From assembly GCA_937903325.1 (NCBI GenBank), contig CALCZR010000059.1, positions 65,489 to 129,488 on the forward strand: a DNA stretch of 64,000 nucleotides. Reading direction: 5' to 3'. Below are positions 37,436-46,792 of this stretch, piece by piece. Each line of letters begins with the position of its first letter. The first letter of the stretch is position 1. A program made the translations under genes and the position numbers. Source of the stretch: an uncultured Candidatus Saccharibacteria bacterium (GTDB taxonomy: Bacteria > Patescibacteriota > Saccharimonadia > Saccharimonadales > AWTP1-31). The notes under the pieces are model-generated. The model had not been told where the DNA came from and searched no databases. It saw nothing but the letters and a program-made list of their open reading frames with translations.

Positions 37436-38383
37436 ATGAATAACGCTTCTAACTCTCCAATTTCTCTTCTCGGTATCCCTTTAGACCTTGGTGCTCAAAA
37501 CTTAGGTGTTGACATCGGACCCGATGCTTTTCGCTACCAAAAGATTGTCGACAAATTAAATAGCTCTGGACTCACTGTCACAGACGGCGGCACTATTGCT
37601 TGCCAAGACCGGTCCAACCTTGAAGTCGGTAACACACGGTTGCGCTACCTTGATGAAATTGTCAGAGTGTCTAAGGATGCAGCACAACGTACCGAAGCAA
37701 CAATTCGAGAAGGTAAACGCATTATTGCCCTCGGTGGTGATCACTCCATTAACCTTGGCGTAGTCTCCGGTGCCTCTGCAGCCCTCGAGGGCAAGCTTGG
37801 CCTGATCTACCTCGACGCCCATGGCGACATGAACACTGACGAAACGACCCTAACCGGCAACATCCACGGGATGCACTTGGCCTCCCTACTTGGGTTTGGC
37901 GCAAAAGAGCTTGCTGAGCTGCACGGTCCCGCACCAAAGATCGCTAAGCAAAATCTACTGCACATTGGCGGTAGCGACTGGGATCAGGCAGAGCTCGATC
38001 TTATCAAGAACGAAGGCTTGACCGCCTTCACTATGCTCGACTTTCTATCCTACGGACTCGCCCCACTCCTCAGTAAAATTAATTCCCTAGCTCAACACAC
38101 CCCTAACGTCTGGGTAAGTCTAGATTTGGACGTCATAGATAGCATCTACGCGCCAGGGGCTGGCATGCCCAACAAAGGCGGCTTCTCGTACCGTGAAATT
38201 GCCGCTATTGCCGCTTACATTGGCCAGCACTGCAATGTAGTGGGGGTAGACGTCGTTGAATACAACCCCTTGCAAGATATAAACCGCAAGACTGCGGAAC
38301 TTGGTATTGAACTCATAGCCAAATTCTTTGGCGCTAACTACAGCTGGTATAGCGGCTACATGGAAGATAACAAAGTCGACTAG
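37436..38383 (+). CDS. arginase/agmatinase/formiminoglutamase family ureohydrolase
   Basis: Mn-binding motifs GGDHSI, DAHGDMN and SLDLDVID are present. I prefer the ATG at 37436 to the TTG at 37430. An extended -10 box TGCTACAAT ends 6 nt upstream of that ATG. Confidence 0.85.
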   Translation: MNNASNSPISLLGIPLDLGAQNLGVDIGPDAFRYQKIVDKLNSSGLTVTDGGTIACQDRSNLEVGNTRLRYLDEIVRVSKDAAQRTEATIREGKRIIALGGDHSINLGVVSGASAALEGKLGLIYLDAHGDMNTDETTLTGNIHGMHLASLLGFGAKELAELHGPAPKIAKQNLLHIGGSDWDQAELDLIKNEGLTAFTMLDFLSYGLAPLLSKINSLAQHTPNVWVSLDLDVIDSIYAPGAGMPNKGGFSYREIAAIAAYIGQHCNVVGVDVVEYNPLQDINRKTAELGIELIAKFFGANYSWYSGYMEDNKVD

Positions 38384-39741
38384 CGTCGTTCTTTAATAGC
38401 TTTACGAGCCACCGACACCTCGTCGTACTCTCGCTTGATAACCCGTCGTGGATCATCGTCGTCCTGAAGTTCATGTCTCAGTTCTGCAGCCTTAGGTCCA
38501 TTGGCCAGAATCGACTTCTCGTGTCCCTTACCAAGCAGCAAGATGACATCGTCTTTCTTGGCCATACCAATAGCCTTAGCTGCTGCCTCTTCCCGCTTGA
38601 GGATCAAGAACAGATCCTTGTCTCGTTTCTTCCCACTCACTTCAGCACCACCGGCTATCTGGTCAAGAATCTCTAACCCATCTATATCTCGGTCATCTTC
38701 CTCGGTGGCGATAACAACGTCACAGTATTTACCGGCAATTCTTCCCTGCTCTGCTCGCTTGGCTTCGTCTCGACGCCCCGCACTACCAAAGACGGAGATG
38801 AGTCGCCCCTTAGTGAGTGGTTTGATTTCCTTAAACAGTTTCTCGAAGCTTTCTGGTGTATGGGCATAGTCTACGATGACCTCAAAGTCCTGACCTTCGT
38901 CTACTCGGGTCATACGTCCCTCAACACTATTCAGGCTCGCAATACCCTGCTCTATTTGTTCTTTAGTCAGGCCAATAGCCCGCCCTACACCAACGGCTGC
39001 AAGAGAGTTATATACGTTAAAGCTACCGGGCAAATGACAGGTAATGTCGTAGCTATCTCCATCTATCGTCGCTGTATACTTATTGCCTGCCGGAGTAGAC
39101 ACAACCTTACTCGCCTTAAGATTGCCGTCTTTTATCCCATACAGGATGGGATTTTTAATAGCCGCAGCAAACAGCTTGCCACTTGGATCATCTGCATTGG
39201 CAATACCAACCTGCAGCCCCTTCTTATTCCGATTTGCCTGCACAAATAGCATCTTCTTGGCGTCACGGTAGCGTTCGAAAGTACGATGGTAGTCAAGGTG
39301 CTCATGACCAACATTGGTCATGACGGCAACACTGTAAGGAACGCCCCAAACGCGGTGCTGAGCCAGTGCGTGACTAGTTGTTTCGAGCACTAACCACTCA
39401 ACCCCGTTGTTCTGGATCTTCTGTAGAAGCCGGATAAGTGGGCCAGCCCCCATTGTGGTCATACGGGTTGGATTAGGCTGTTCACCCTTGCCGTCTCCAT
39501 AGTCTACGGAGATTGTTGTAATCATGGCTACTTTATGACCGCTGTTACGTAGCATTTGTGTAATCAAGGTGCTGGTAGTGGTCTTGCCATCCGTGCCTGT
39601 TACACCAATAATCTTGAGGTTTTTAGCCGGGAAACCAGCTTTAACTTGGTGGACCATCGCCTCACCAAGGTGACCATATGGTTCAAGCTCCTTAAAGAGA
39701 TTCTGGGGAACGATTTTCTTTACAGCGCTTCGGATATTCAT
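38380..39741 (-). CDS. Mur ligase family protein (MurE-like, short N-terminal domain)
   Basis: 453 aa with the P-loop GVTGTDGKTTT and DYAHTPESF. Only about 45 aa precede the P-loop. Confidence 0.75.
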   Translation of the reverse strand: MNIRSAVKKIVPQNLFKELEPYGHLGEAMVHQVKAGFPAKNLKIIGVTGTDGKTTTSTLITQMLRNSGHKVAMITTISVDYGDGKGEQPNPTRMTTMGAGPLIRLLQKIQNNGVEWLVLETTSHALAQHRVWGVPYSVAVMTNVGHEHLDYHRTFERYRDAKKMLFVQANRNKKGLQVGIANADDPSGKLFAAAIKNPILYGIKDGNLKASKVVSTPAGNKYTATIDGDSYDITCHLPGSFNVYNSLAAVGVGRAIGLTKEQIEQGIASLNSVEGRMTRVDEGQDFEVIVDYAHTPESFEKLFKEIKPLTKGRLISVFGSAGRRDEAKRAEQGRIAGKYCDVVIATEEDDRDIDGLEILDQIAGGAEVSGKKRDKDLFLILKREEAAAKAIGMAKKDDVILLLGKGHEKSILANGPKAAELRHELQDDDDPRRVIKREYDEVSVARKAIKERR

Positions 39742-39765
39742 GACCTCTAGTATACTTGGTTGGTA

Positions 39766-40827
39766 ATGAAAATACTTGGGATCGAAACAAGTTGTGACGA
39801 AACGGCCGCTGCTGTCGTTGAAGACGGCAAGCGATTGCTATCTAATGCCGTAGCAAGCAGTATGGATCTACACGTCCAGTATGGTGGCGTTGTACCCGAA
39901 ATCGCTGCCCGTAGTCACATAGAGGCCGTCATGCCGGTCGTCCAACAAGCACTGGATCAGGCAGATTGCACTTGGGATGACATTGATGCTATCGCCGTTA
40001 CTTACGGCGCCGGCCTCGGCGGTTGTCTACTTGTTGGAGTCATGACTGCCCGTACCCTGGCTATTACTAAAAATAAGCCCCTATACGCTATTAACCATGT
40101 AGAGGCTCATCTGTATGCCAACTTTATAACCGAGACCACTCTTCCTAACTATTCCCTGCCCTCCAAGCAACCTGAATTCCCAATGCTCGGCCTCATCGTC
40201 AGTGGTGGCCACAGCCAGATTGTTTATTTTAAGGATCACTTCGACTACGAACTCCTGGGTCAGACTGGCGATGATGCCATTGGCGAAGCCTTCGACAAGG
40301 TCGCTAAAATCCTTGGCCTCCCCTACCCTGGCGGGCCAAGTGTGGAGCGAGCAGCTAAAGATGGCAATGCCCACGCCTTTGCCTTCCCTAAGGCAAAACT
40401 AGCCGCCAAGTACGACTACAGTTTCTCTGGCCCTAAAACAGCCGTTCTACGGGCCGTGCAGAAGCTTTGCGGGAAAGAGCACGACTTCCCAAGCTTTAAG
40501 CTCGCAGAGCTGCTCTCTGAGGCTCAGAAAGCGGATGTTGCTGCCAGCTTCCAACGCACAGCGGTTGAGACAATTGTCGATAAGGTTGCACTAGCTTACG
40601 AAGAGTTCCAACCCAAGTCAGTCGTTATAGGCGGTGGCGTTGCCGCTAGCCCAGAACTACGACGGCAGCTGTCTGAACGACTTCCCCTCCCTATTGAGTA
40701 CACTGACATGAAGCTTTGCACTGATAACGGAGCTATGATCGCTACCTTAGGATGTTTCAAGATGGAAAAAGATCAGCCAGTAGCCGATCCGTACACATTA
40801 GATATACAACCAAACTTATCTATGTAG
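39766..40827 (+). CDS. tsaD: tRNA N6-adenosine threonylcarbamoyltransferase
   Basis: MKILGIETSCDETAAAVV and the metal-binding NHVEAH are present. The track TTG at 39760 was trimmed to the ATG at 39766. A TATACT box lies 9 nt upstream. Confidence 0.92.
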   Translation: MKILGIETSCDETAAAVVEDGKRLLSNAVASSMDLHVQYGGVVPEIAARSHIEAVMPVVQQALDQADCTWDDIDAIAVTYGAGLGGCLLVGVMTARTLAITKNKPLYAINHVEAHLYANFITETTLPNYSLPSKQPEFPMLGLIVSGGHSQIVYFKDHFDYELLGQTGDDAIGEAFDKVAKILGLPYPGGPSVERAAKDGNAHAFAFPKAKLAAKYDYSFSGPKTAVLRAVQKLCGKEHDFPSFKLAELLSEAQKADVAASFQRTAVETIVDKVALAYEEFQPKSVVIGGGVAASPELRRQLSERLPLPIEYTDMKLCTDNGAMIATLGCFKMEKDQPVADPYTLDIQPNLSM

Positions 40828-41130
40828 ATCCATTGGTGGACGAGTGGCTAAAACTGAAACCACGTACTCTGCAGCAGGTGCTGCGCCCCGCACACCGCTT
40901 GCGCGAGTTAGCTGAGAGTTATGTTCATTCCCTGCATGACTCGTATGCCCATTCTGCGTAGTGTGTACGTTCTGGCCATCGTTGGCTTCCTCGATTAACC
41001 TAATAGCCTCGAGATTAGTGAGCTGTCGGTCGGCGTCCCATATGCCGCTATCCTCACCTAGCTCTTGTCGGGTCCATTCGCCGAGCTTAACGGGGTTTGC
41101 TGCTACAGGTTGTGGAGATGTTTGCTTCAT
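40816..41130 (-). CDS. hypothetical protein
   Basis: 104-aa ORF with an ATG start and a TATACT box 9 nt upstream. No recognisable family. It overlaps the tsaD 3' end by 12 nt. Confidence 0.4.
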   Translation of the reverse strand: MKQTSPQPVAANPVKLGEWTRQELGEDSGIWDADRQLTNLEAIRLIEEANDGQNVHTTQNGHTSHAGNEHNSQLTRASGVRGAAPAAEYVVSVLATRPPMDLHR

Positions 41131-41173
41131 AATGTTGATAGTATATTAGCACTAATGCTTACTTTTGTCAATA

Positions 41174-41202
41174 TTGACGCTTATGCTTCTTGGGGGTAGA
41201 GT
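41174..41202 (+). promoter_or_regulatory. putative promoter of the valS leader
   Basis: TTGACG, a 17-nt spacer, then TAGAGT. This predicts a leader of about 300 nt before the valS ATG. Confidence 0.45.
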
Positions 41203-41347
41203 AGATACGAAAACAAACATGTGCAAAGTGTAATCCTGTCCATGTTACGTCATAGATGGGATTGCACACACAATCTAGAAAGGGCGAGTGTAGTTAGGGG
41301 AATTCCAGAATGGAAAGCCCTGTTTTGGGTTTTATCTGTTTTCACGT

Positions 41348-41372
41348 GGCGCACCTCTGGTGTGTCTTTTTT
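41348..41372 (+). terminator. terminator-like hairpin inside the valS leader (possible attenuator)
   Basis: GGCGCACC-TCT-GGTGTGTC followed by TTTTTT. Its 5' arm (CACCTCTG, 41352..41359) can alternatively pair with CAGAGGTG at 41381..41388. Confidence 0.45.
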
Positions 41373-41510
41373 ATTTCCAACAGAGGTGGTATGATGCCCT
41401 TATGCAAATGAGAGCAGGTGAGACTAAGAACTTGAATGTGCCAAGCGGCGGCATACGTTCTGTGGCAGCCTAGATTACTTTCTATCCAACCGTAATTAGT
41501 GAGAAAACAC

Positions 41511-44141
41511 ATGAAACTATCTAAGGCCTACGAGCCACAAAAACACGAAACAGACATATACAAACTCTGGGAAGAGCAGGGAGCTTTCGTAGCTCACCCG
41601 GAAAAGAAGACTGAACGCTTTAGCATCAGCATGCCACCACCGAATGCTACCGGCACCCTCCACACCGGTCATGCCCTGTTTATCGCCCTGCAAGATACAC
41701 TCTGCCGCTACCAACGCATGCTTGGTAAAGACGTACTGTGGTTGCCCGGCACAGATCACGCCGCGCTCCCCGTAAATGCCTTGATCGAAAAGCAACTAGC
41801 GACCGAAGGAACAAACAAGCACGAGATAGGTCGAGAAGAGTTCTTACGCCGTACTCGTGAGTTCGTTGCCGGTAGTCGTAACACCATTAATACCCAGATG
41901 CGGGCCATGGGCGCCAGTGCCGACTGGAGCAGGGAACGTTACACCTTGGATGACGCTCTGAGCCGTTGCGTAAACGAAACATTCACCAAAATGTATAACG
42001 ACGGCCTGATCTACCGGGGTCACCGCATTGTTAACTGGGATCCAAACCTCGAAACCACCGTTGCCGACGACGAAGTAGTTCGTGAAGAAGAAACCACTAA
42101 GTTTTATACCTTCCAGTACGGGCCATTCCAGATCAGTACCGCTCGTCCTGAAACAAAGTTTGGCGACAAGTACGTTGTTATGCACCCCGATGACAAGCGC
42201 TACGCCAAGTACAAACACGGTGACACCTTCGAAGCTGAATGGATTAACGGCCCGGTAACGGCCACGGTTATTAAAGATACAGCCGTAGATCCTGCATTCG
42301 GAACAGGGGTTATGACCATTACTCCGTGGCACGACCACACCGACTTCGAGATTGCCGAACGGCACAATTTAGACAAAGAGCAGGTGATCGATTTCCACGG
42401 CAAGCTACTGCCGATCGCCGCTGAATTTGCCGGTATGCACATTACTGACGCCCGCCCAAAGATCGTCGAGAAACTCGATAAGAAGGGGCTGGTTGTTAGC
42501 ATAGACGACAACTATGTTCACAGCATCGCGGTGAATGAACGAGGCAAGGGGATTATAGAACCACAGATCAAGCTACAATGGTTTGTAGATGTCAACAAAC
42601 GCGTCGTTGATTGGAAAGGGAAGAAGCGTAGCCTCAAAGAGGTCATGCAGGCCGTTATTAACGACCAGGATATTAACATCCTCCCTGAACGCTTCAACAA
42701 GACCTACTTCCATTGGATCGACAACCTCCGTGACTGGTGTATTAGCCGTCAGATCTGGTGGGGACATCGTATTCCGGTTTGGTACCGCACGGTAGACGAA
42801 AAACTAGAGACGTACGTAGGCATCCAACCCCCACAAGAGGATGACAGACAGGGTAATGCCCAGTGGCAACAGGATCCTGACACTCTTGACACCTGGTTCA
42901 GTTCAGCCCTGTGGACCTGGAGCACCCTTATCGATCCAAAGCTGGCCGATAACTACTCACTGAGCCTGGAAGACATCATGAAGGCCAGTCCGGATTACCA
43001 GGCCTACCATCCAACATCTGTTATGGAGACCGGTTGGGATATTCTATTCTTCTGGGTAGCTCGCATGATCCTGGCTACTACCTACATGACTGGGGAAGTA
43101 CCGTTTAAGACCGTATACCTCCACGGTATGGTGCGAGCCGAAGACGGCCAGAAGATGAGCAAGTCTCGACCTGAGACCATGATCGACCCACTTGAGGTTA
43201 TCCCCGAATATGGCACCGACGCACTGCGTCTTGCGCTCGTACATGGAGTTAGCCCGGGCAACGATATGCGTATGAGCATGGCCAAGATTACAGCGCAGCG
43301 CAACTTCTGTAACAAACTCTGGAACGTAGCCCGCTTCATCCAAGAGCAGACAAGGGACACGAAGCCGGCAAAGACGGCCGAACCTAAGTCCGCAACAGAT
43401 CACTGGGTATTGTCACAATTACAACAAGTTACAGGGGCCGTATCCGTAGATCTCGACAACTACCGCTTTAGTGAAGCCTACGACAAGTTGTATCACTTCG
43501 TATGGGATGATTTCGCTGATTGGTATATCGAGGCCAGCAAGGCAGCCCTTAACCAGAGCGTCCTGACCACCACACTTGAGACAATCCTCAAGATTGCCCA
43601 TCCGTTTGCACCATTCGTTACCGAAGCCATCTGGCAACAGCTCGGCTGGAGCGATGAGCTCCTCATGACTAGCCTCTGGCCCGAAGTAAAAGCCGGCGAC
43701 AAGAAACAAGCTGCTGAATTTGAAGAACTGAAAAATATCATTGGCGAAGCTCGCAGACTAACGCAGGTTATAGGCCTATCTAAGCCAGCACTGCTTCACA
43801 ACTCAAAGCTTATAGCCAACAACAAAGAGCTCGTAGTTCGATTAGCTCGGCTAAGCAAAGCTACCCAAACAGAGCAGGGGAGTGGACTAGGTCTTACAGG
43901 CACCACAGAGCCCGTCTGGCTGGACATTGACCAGGAAACTATAAAAGGATACGTAGATACCCTAAAAGCTCAGCAGACAGAGCAGGTGAAGCTTATTCAG
44001 AACCTACAAGGTCGTCTGAAGAACAAAAGCTATGTAGACCATGCCCCTGAAGCAGTAGTTCAGCAAACACGAGATCAGTTATCTGAAGCAAAATCTCAAC
44101 ACGACCAATTAGTCGAAGAGCTAGCACATATTCCTAGTTAG
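41511..44141 (+). CDS. valS: valine--tRNA ligase
   Basis: It has the HIGH region PPNATGTLHTGHAL, the KMSKS loop GQKMSKSRP and a C-terminal coiled coil. I prefer the ATG at 41511 to the GTG at 41499. Confidence 0.95.
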   Translation: MKLSKAYEPQKHETDIYKLWEEQGAFVAHPEKKTERFSISMPPPNATGTLHTGHALFIALQDTLCRYQRMLGKDVLWLPGTDHAALPVNALIEKQLATEGTNKHEIGREEFLRRTREFVAGSRNTINTQMRAMGASADWSRERYTLDDALSRCVNETFTKMYNDGLIYRGHRIVNWDPNLETTVADDEVVREEETTKFYTFQYGPFQISTARPETKFGDKYVVMHPDDKRYAKYKHGDTFEAEWINGPVTATVIKDTAVDPAFGTGVMTITPWHDHTDFEIAERHNLDKEQVIDFHGKLLPIAAEFAGMHITDARPKIVEKLDKKGLVVSIDDNYVHSIAVNERGKGIIEPQIKLQWFVDVNKRVVDWKGKKRSLKEVMQAVINDQDINILPERFNKTYFHWIDNLRDWCISRQIWWGHRIPVWYRTVDEKLETYVGIQPPQEDDRQGNAQWQQDPDTLDTWFSSALWTWSTLIDPKLADNYSLSLEDIMKASPDYQAYHPTSVMETGWDILFFWVARMILATTYMTGEVPFKTVYLHGMVRAEDGQKMSKSRPETMIDPLEVIPEYGTDALRLALVHGVSPGNDMRMSMAKITAQRNFCNKLWNVARFIQEQTRDTKPAKTAEPKSATDHWVLSQLQQVTGAVSVDLDNYRFSEAYDKLYHFVWDDFADWYIEASKAALNQSVLTTTLETILKIAHPFAPFVTEAIWQQLGWSDELLMTSLWPEVKAGDKKQAAEFEELKNIIGEARRLTQVIGLSKPALLHNSKLIANNKELVVRLARLSKATQTEQGSGLGLTGTTEPVWLDIDQETIKGYVDTLKAQQTEQVKLIQNLQGRLKNKSYVDHAPEAVVQQTRDQLSEAKSQHDQLVEELAHIPS

Positions 44142-45586
44142 GCTCTTCGGGCAAGGGCCATAGTAGTGTCATCACCATAAGTATAGCTGTCACTACGTCC
44201 TTCTACTCTTGCTTGTTCTGTACGAGCGCGCAAGTCATTGTGCTTCCGCCTCCAGTCCTCATTCGAGAGCCCCGCATCCTCACGCAGTGTGCTCAGGTAG
44301 GTTTTCTGTACATAGGCGTCGCTAACCAGGGCAAACCACTGCCCCTTCTGTAGCTTCACCCTTGTAAACTCAGCCCCGAGTGGACGCCCGTGAACGTTTC
44401 GGCCGGTGGATGAAAAACCTGTTAGATCGTCTTTCTTGATTCCGATGTAACTAGCCAGTACAACCTCATCTGCTTGTATATCGTCTCTAGCTCGCACGTT
44501 ATAGGTATCGCCCAATTCATACTCACGAGAGCTATCAACCGTAAATTGATTCTGCTCAATGAGCTGAAATGCTTCGCCATGCCCCTCCACAATGCCGTGC
44601 TCATCCATAATTATGGCACTGGCATCACCGAAGGTAACAATATCCCACTCATCTTCTGATCCCTCAACAGGTTGCGCTGCAGCAACCGCTGCTGCTAGTT
44701 CACAGAATTTACCTGCAGAACCAGACATACCCCTACGTCCATATGGCTCTACCGATATTCCCATACCACTAAGTATTTGCTTCGTCCGCTCTATAACCTC
44801 TGACACCGTCTCTTCTGTTTGGAGTAGTGAGATACGAGGAAGCTCAGTGATTGCATTTGCAAGTGCATATCCAAAATTGCTTTTTGCTGGACCCTTACTA
44901 CCGACTCCTCCCATGCCGTCTGTCACCGCAACTGTACCTGTCGTTTCGTTATATGCAATACCGTCTTCGTGCGCACCAGTAGAAGCCTGGCGTAGCTCAA
45001 CGGTGCCACTGCGATTTGCCCAAACCCTAACAGCTCCAGGCATGGGCTGCATAGCTTCGAAGGCACTCTGCGACTGAAGTTCACTAGTATCCGAAGGAAC
45101 TTCTTGATGCTGTCGCCGGGCACTGCCCATAGAAGACCGCACTCGAGACACCGCATGTTCGGGCTCTGTAGAGATTGACTCCTCGTAGGGTTCAGCTTTT
45201 GGCTTTTTCTCGCCAGTCTTTATTCCAGCATTAATCAGTCTAAGTTGATTCCGGTTCAGTATCTTGGGGTCATTGACCACCCCTCGGACCATGGTCATAG
45301 CCATTTCGAAGTTCTCGGCGTAGTCGGGGTCTGCTGGGTCGGGTGGACCATAGGTTGCGTCTTCGAATATCCAATTAATACCTTCGTGTGCTCGGAACTG
45401 GATGTCATCGGCCCGTGCTCGTGCCCATGAGTCCTTCATTTCTGAAGAAAAAGCAGGAACAGTTGGATTCTGGAGACTCGGATCACCATATTCCAGAAAA
45501 TCTCTATGGGCCTCTGCCATTAGCCGAGCGATGTCGTAATTAGCTTCAAGATTTTCGGGGTGGGGCGCAAAGTTAGCTTCGGGCAT
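44138..45586 (-). CDS. PP2C-like Ser/Thr phosphatase domain protein with uncharacterised N-terminal domain
   Basis: The C-terminal ~290 aa carry PP2C-like motifs in order: HEDGIAY, VAVTDGMGG, TFGDASAII, FALVSDAYV and GDDTTMAL. The N-terminal ~190 aa are unrecognised. The track start is a TTG at 45610; the first ATG is at 45586. Confidence 0.6.
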   Translation of the reverse strand: MPEANFAPHPENLEANYDIARLMAEAHRDFLEYGDPSLQNPTVPAFSSEMKDSWARARADDIQFRAHEGINWIFEDATYGPPDPADPDYAENFEMAMTMVRGVVNDPKILNRNQLRLINAGIKTGEKKPKAEPYEESISTEPEHAVSRVRSSMGSARRQHQEVPSDTSELQSQSAFEAMQPMPGAVRVWANRSGTVELRQASTGAHEDGIAYNETTGTVAVTDGMGGVGSKGPAKSNFGYALANAITELPRISLLQTEETVSEVIERTKQILSGMGISVEPYGRRGMSGSAGKFCELAAAVAAAQPVEGSEDEWDIVTFGDASAIIMDEHGIVEGHGEAFQLIEQNQFTVDSSREYELGDTYNVRARDDIQADEVVLASYIGIKKDDLTGFSSTGRNVHGRPLGAEFTRVKLQKGQWFALVSDAYVQKTYLSTLREDAGLSNEDWRRKHNDLRARTEQARVEGRSDSYTYGDDTTMALARRA

Positions 45587-45621
45587 AGTGACTACGTAGT
45601 TTGATACCAATTAATAGATAC

Positions 45622-45650
45622 ATTCTATAACTATATGGTTATTTTGTCAA
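45622..45650 (-). promoter_or_regulatory. putative promoter of the PP2C-like gene
   Basis: The minus strand reads TTGACA, a 17-nt spacer, then TAGAAT. Confidence 0.45.
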
Positions 45651-45675
45651 TACTACGATACTTCGCGTGCCTCTG

Positions 45676-46527
45676 TTACGCCGGCTCTAGTGCAGAACGC
45701 ACTCGTTCGGTCGACTCAATAGAATCGTAGTCGTTGAACCACATGACATGCCATCCCACGCGTTGTGCGGGCATAAGATTACCTCTGGTGTCGTCTATGA
45801 GTAGGATTTCTTCGGCAGGAACGCCAGCCATAGCTTCGGCAACTTCATAGATCTTAGGGTCTGGCTTAATAACACCAACCTGGGAGGAGTCGACAATAGC
45901 ATCGTAGGTAATATCCGGCAGGAGCCCCGTGGACTTCATGTCGTTGATGAATCCCGTACCAATATTACTCATCAGCCCTATGCGGTAATTGCCAGCAGCC
46001 CAGCGAACTAAGTCGTGCATTTCAGTAATCGGATCAACTGCGGCTAGGTAGTACGACTGCCAGTCCATACTTGGCAGCCCTAGGTCTTTGGCGAATGCCA
46101 CATTAAAGTCAGGAATACTCATCTTACCTGTACAGATAGCGTCGTTGTACTGCCAGAAAGCCGTCTCTATAGCATCCGGGGACAGGCCGGTGTCTTTAGC
46201 GATAGCCGTAAAGGCTCGGTGGTAGAACCGCACCAAACAGCCATTGATATCAAAGTAGATAAAGGTAACACCACTCTTGGTTCGCTTTTTAACCGACTTC
46301 TTCTGCAAACCACCAAGGAGATCATCGAGAGAAATATCTAGCACATCAGAGATCTGCTTAACCGTAAAGATAGACGGGGACTTAATAGCACCACGTTCGA
46401 TTTTGGCTAGTGTTGAGTAACTCAAACTAGCTTGTTGACACATAGCCTGCTGGGTAAGTCCCGCCTTTTGACGGGCAAGCTGCAATTGCTTGCCAAGACT
46501 TTTTTCGTCCAGCGTTCCACCACTCAT
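45676..46527 (-). CDS. XRE-type HTH domain fused to HAD-superfamily hydrolase domain
   Basis: 283 aa. The N-terminus LGKQLQLARQKAGLTQQAMCQQASLSYSTLAKIERG is an XRE HTH. The remainder has the HAD motifs FIYFDINGCL, LMSN and LLIDD. Confidence 0.75.
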   Translation of the reverse strand: MSGGTLDEKSLGKQLQLARQKAGLTQQAMCQQASLSYSTLAKIERGAIKSPSIFTVKQISDVLDISLDDLLGGLQKKSVKKRTKSGVTFIYFDINGCLVRFYHRAFTAIAKDTGLSPDAIETAFWQYNDAICTGKMSIPDFNVAFAKDLGLPSMDWQSYYLAAVDPITEMHDLVRWAAGNYRIGLMSNIGTGFINDMKSTGLLPDITYDAIVDSSQVGVIKPDPKIYEVAEAMAGVPAEEILLIDDTRGNLMPAQRVGWHVMWFNDYDSIESTERVRSALEPA

Positions 46528-46590
46528 TGGCCATATAGTACCAATTATTAGCTACTCACGCTAGTTAAATTGGTAATAAACGGCTAGGCC

Positions 46591-46776
46591 CTATGAAGGC
46601 AAACGGCTGGTAAGGGCAGTGAAGATGGTATAGAAAACGATCAGCGCAACAACACCAACAACACCAGCGGCGATCGCTGACTGTTGAGCTAGTCCGCCGT
46701 TTCGTTGCTGTGACTTGTTATATACCCAAGCGGCAATCCCTATTGCAAACAAGAAAGAAGTAAGAAGTGGTCCCAT
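46591..46776 (-). CDS. small two-TM membrane protein
   Basis: 61 aa with two hydrophobic helices (LLTSFLFAIGIAAWVY; AIAAGVVGVVALIVFYTIFTAL). Confidence 0.45.
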   Translation of the reverse strand: MGPLLTSFLFAIGIAAWVYNKSQQRNGGLAQQSAIAAGVVGVVALIVFYTIFTALTSRLPS

Positions 46777-46792
46777 TACCCTTAAGTATACC

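Noticed and set aside
41381-41400. Calling the valS leader a bona fide T-box riboswitch.
   Set aside because: Only the GGUGGUA core is similar. I could not identify a Stem I specifier loop with a GUN codon. The terminator-like hairpin lies upstream of the T-box-like sequence rather than downstream. I kept it as a generic structured-leader finding.
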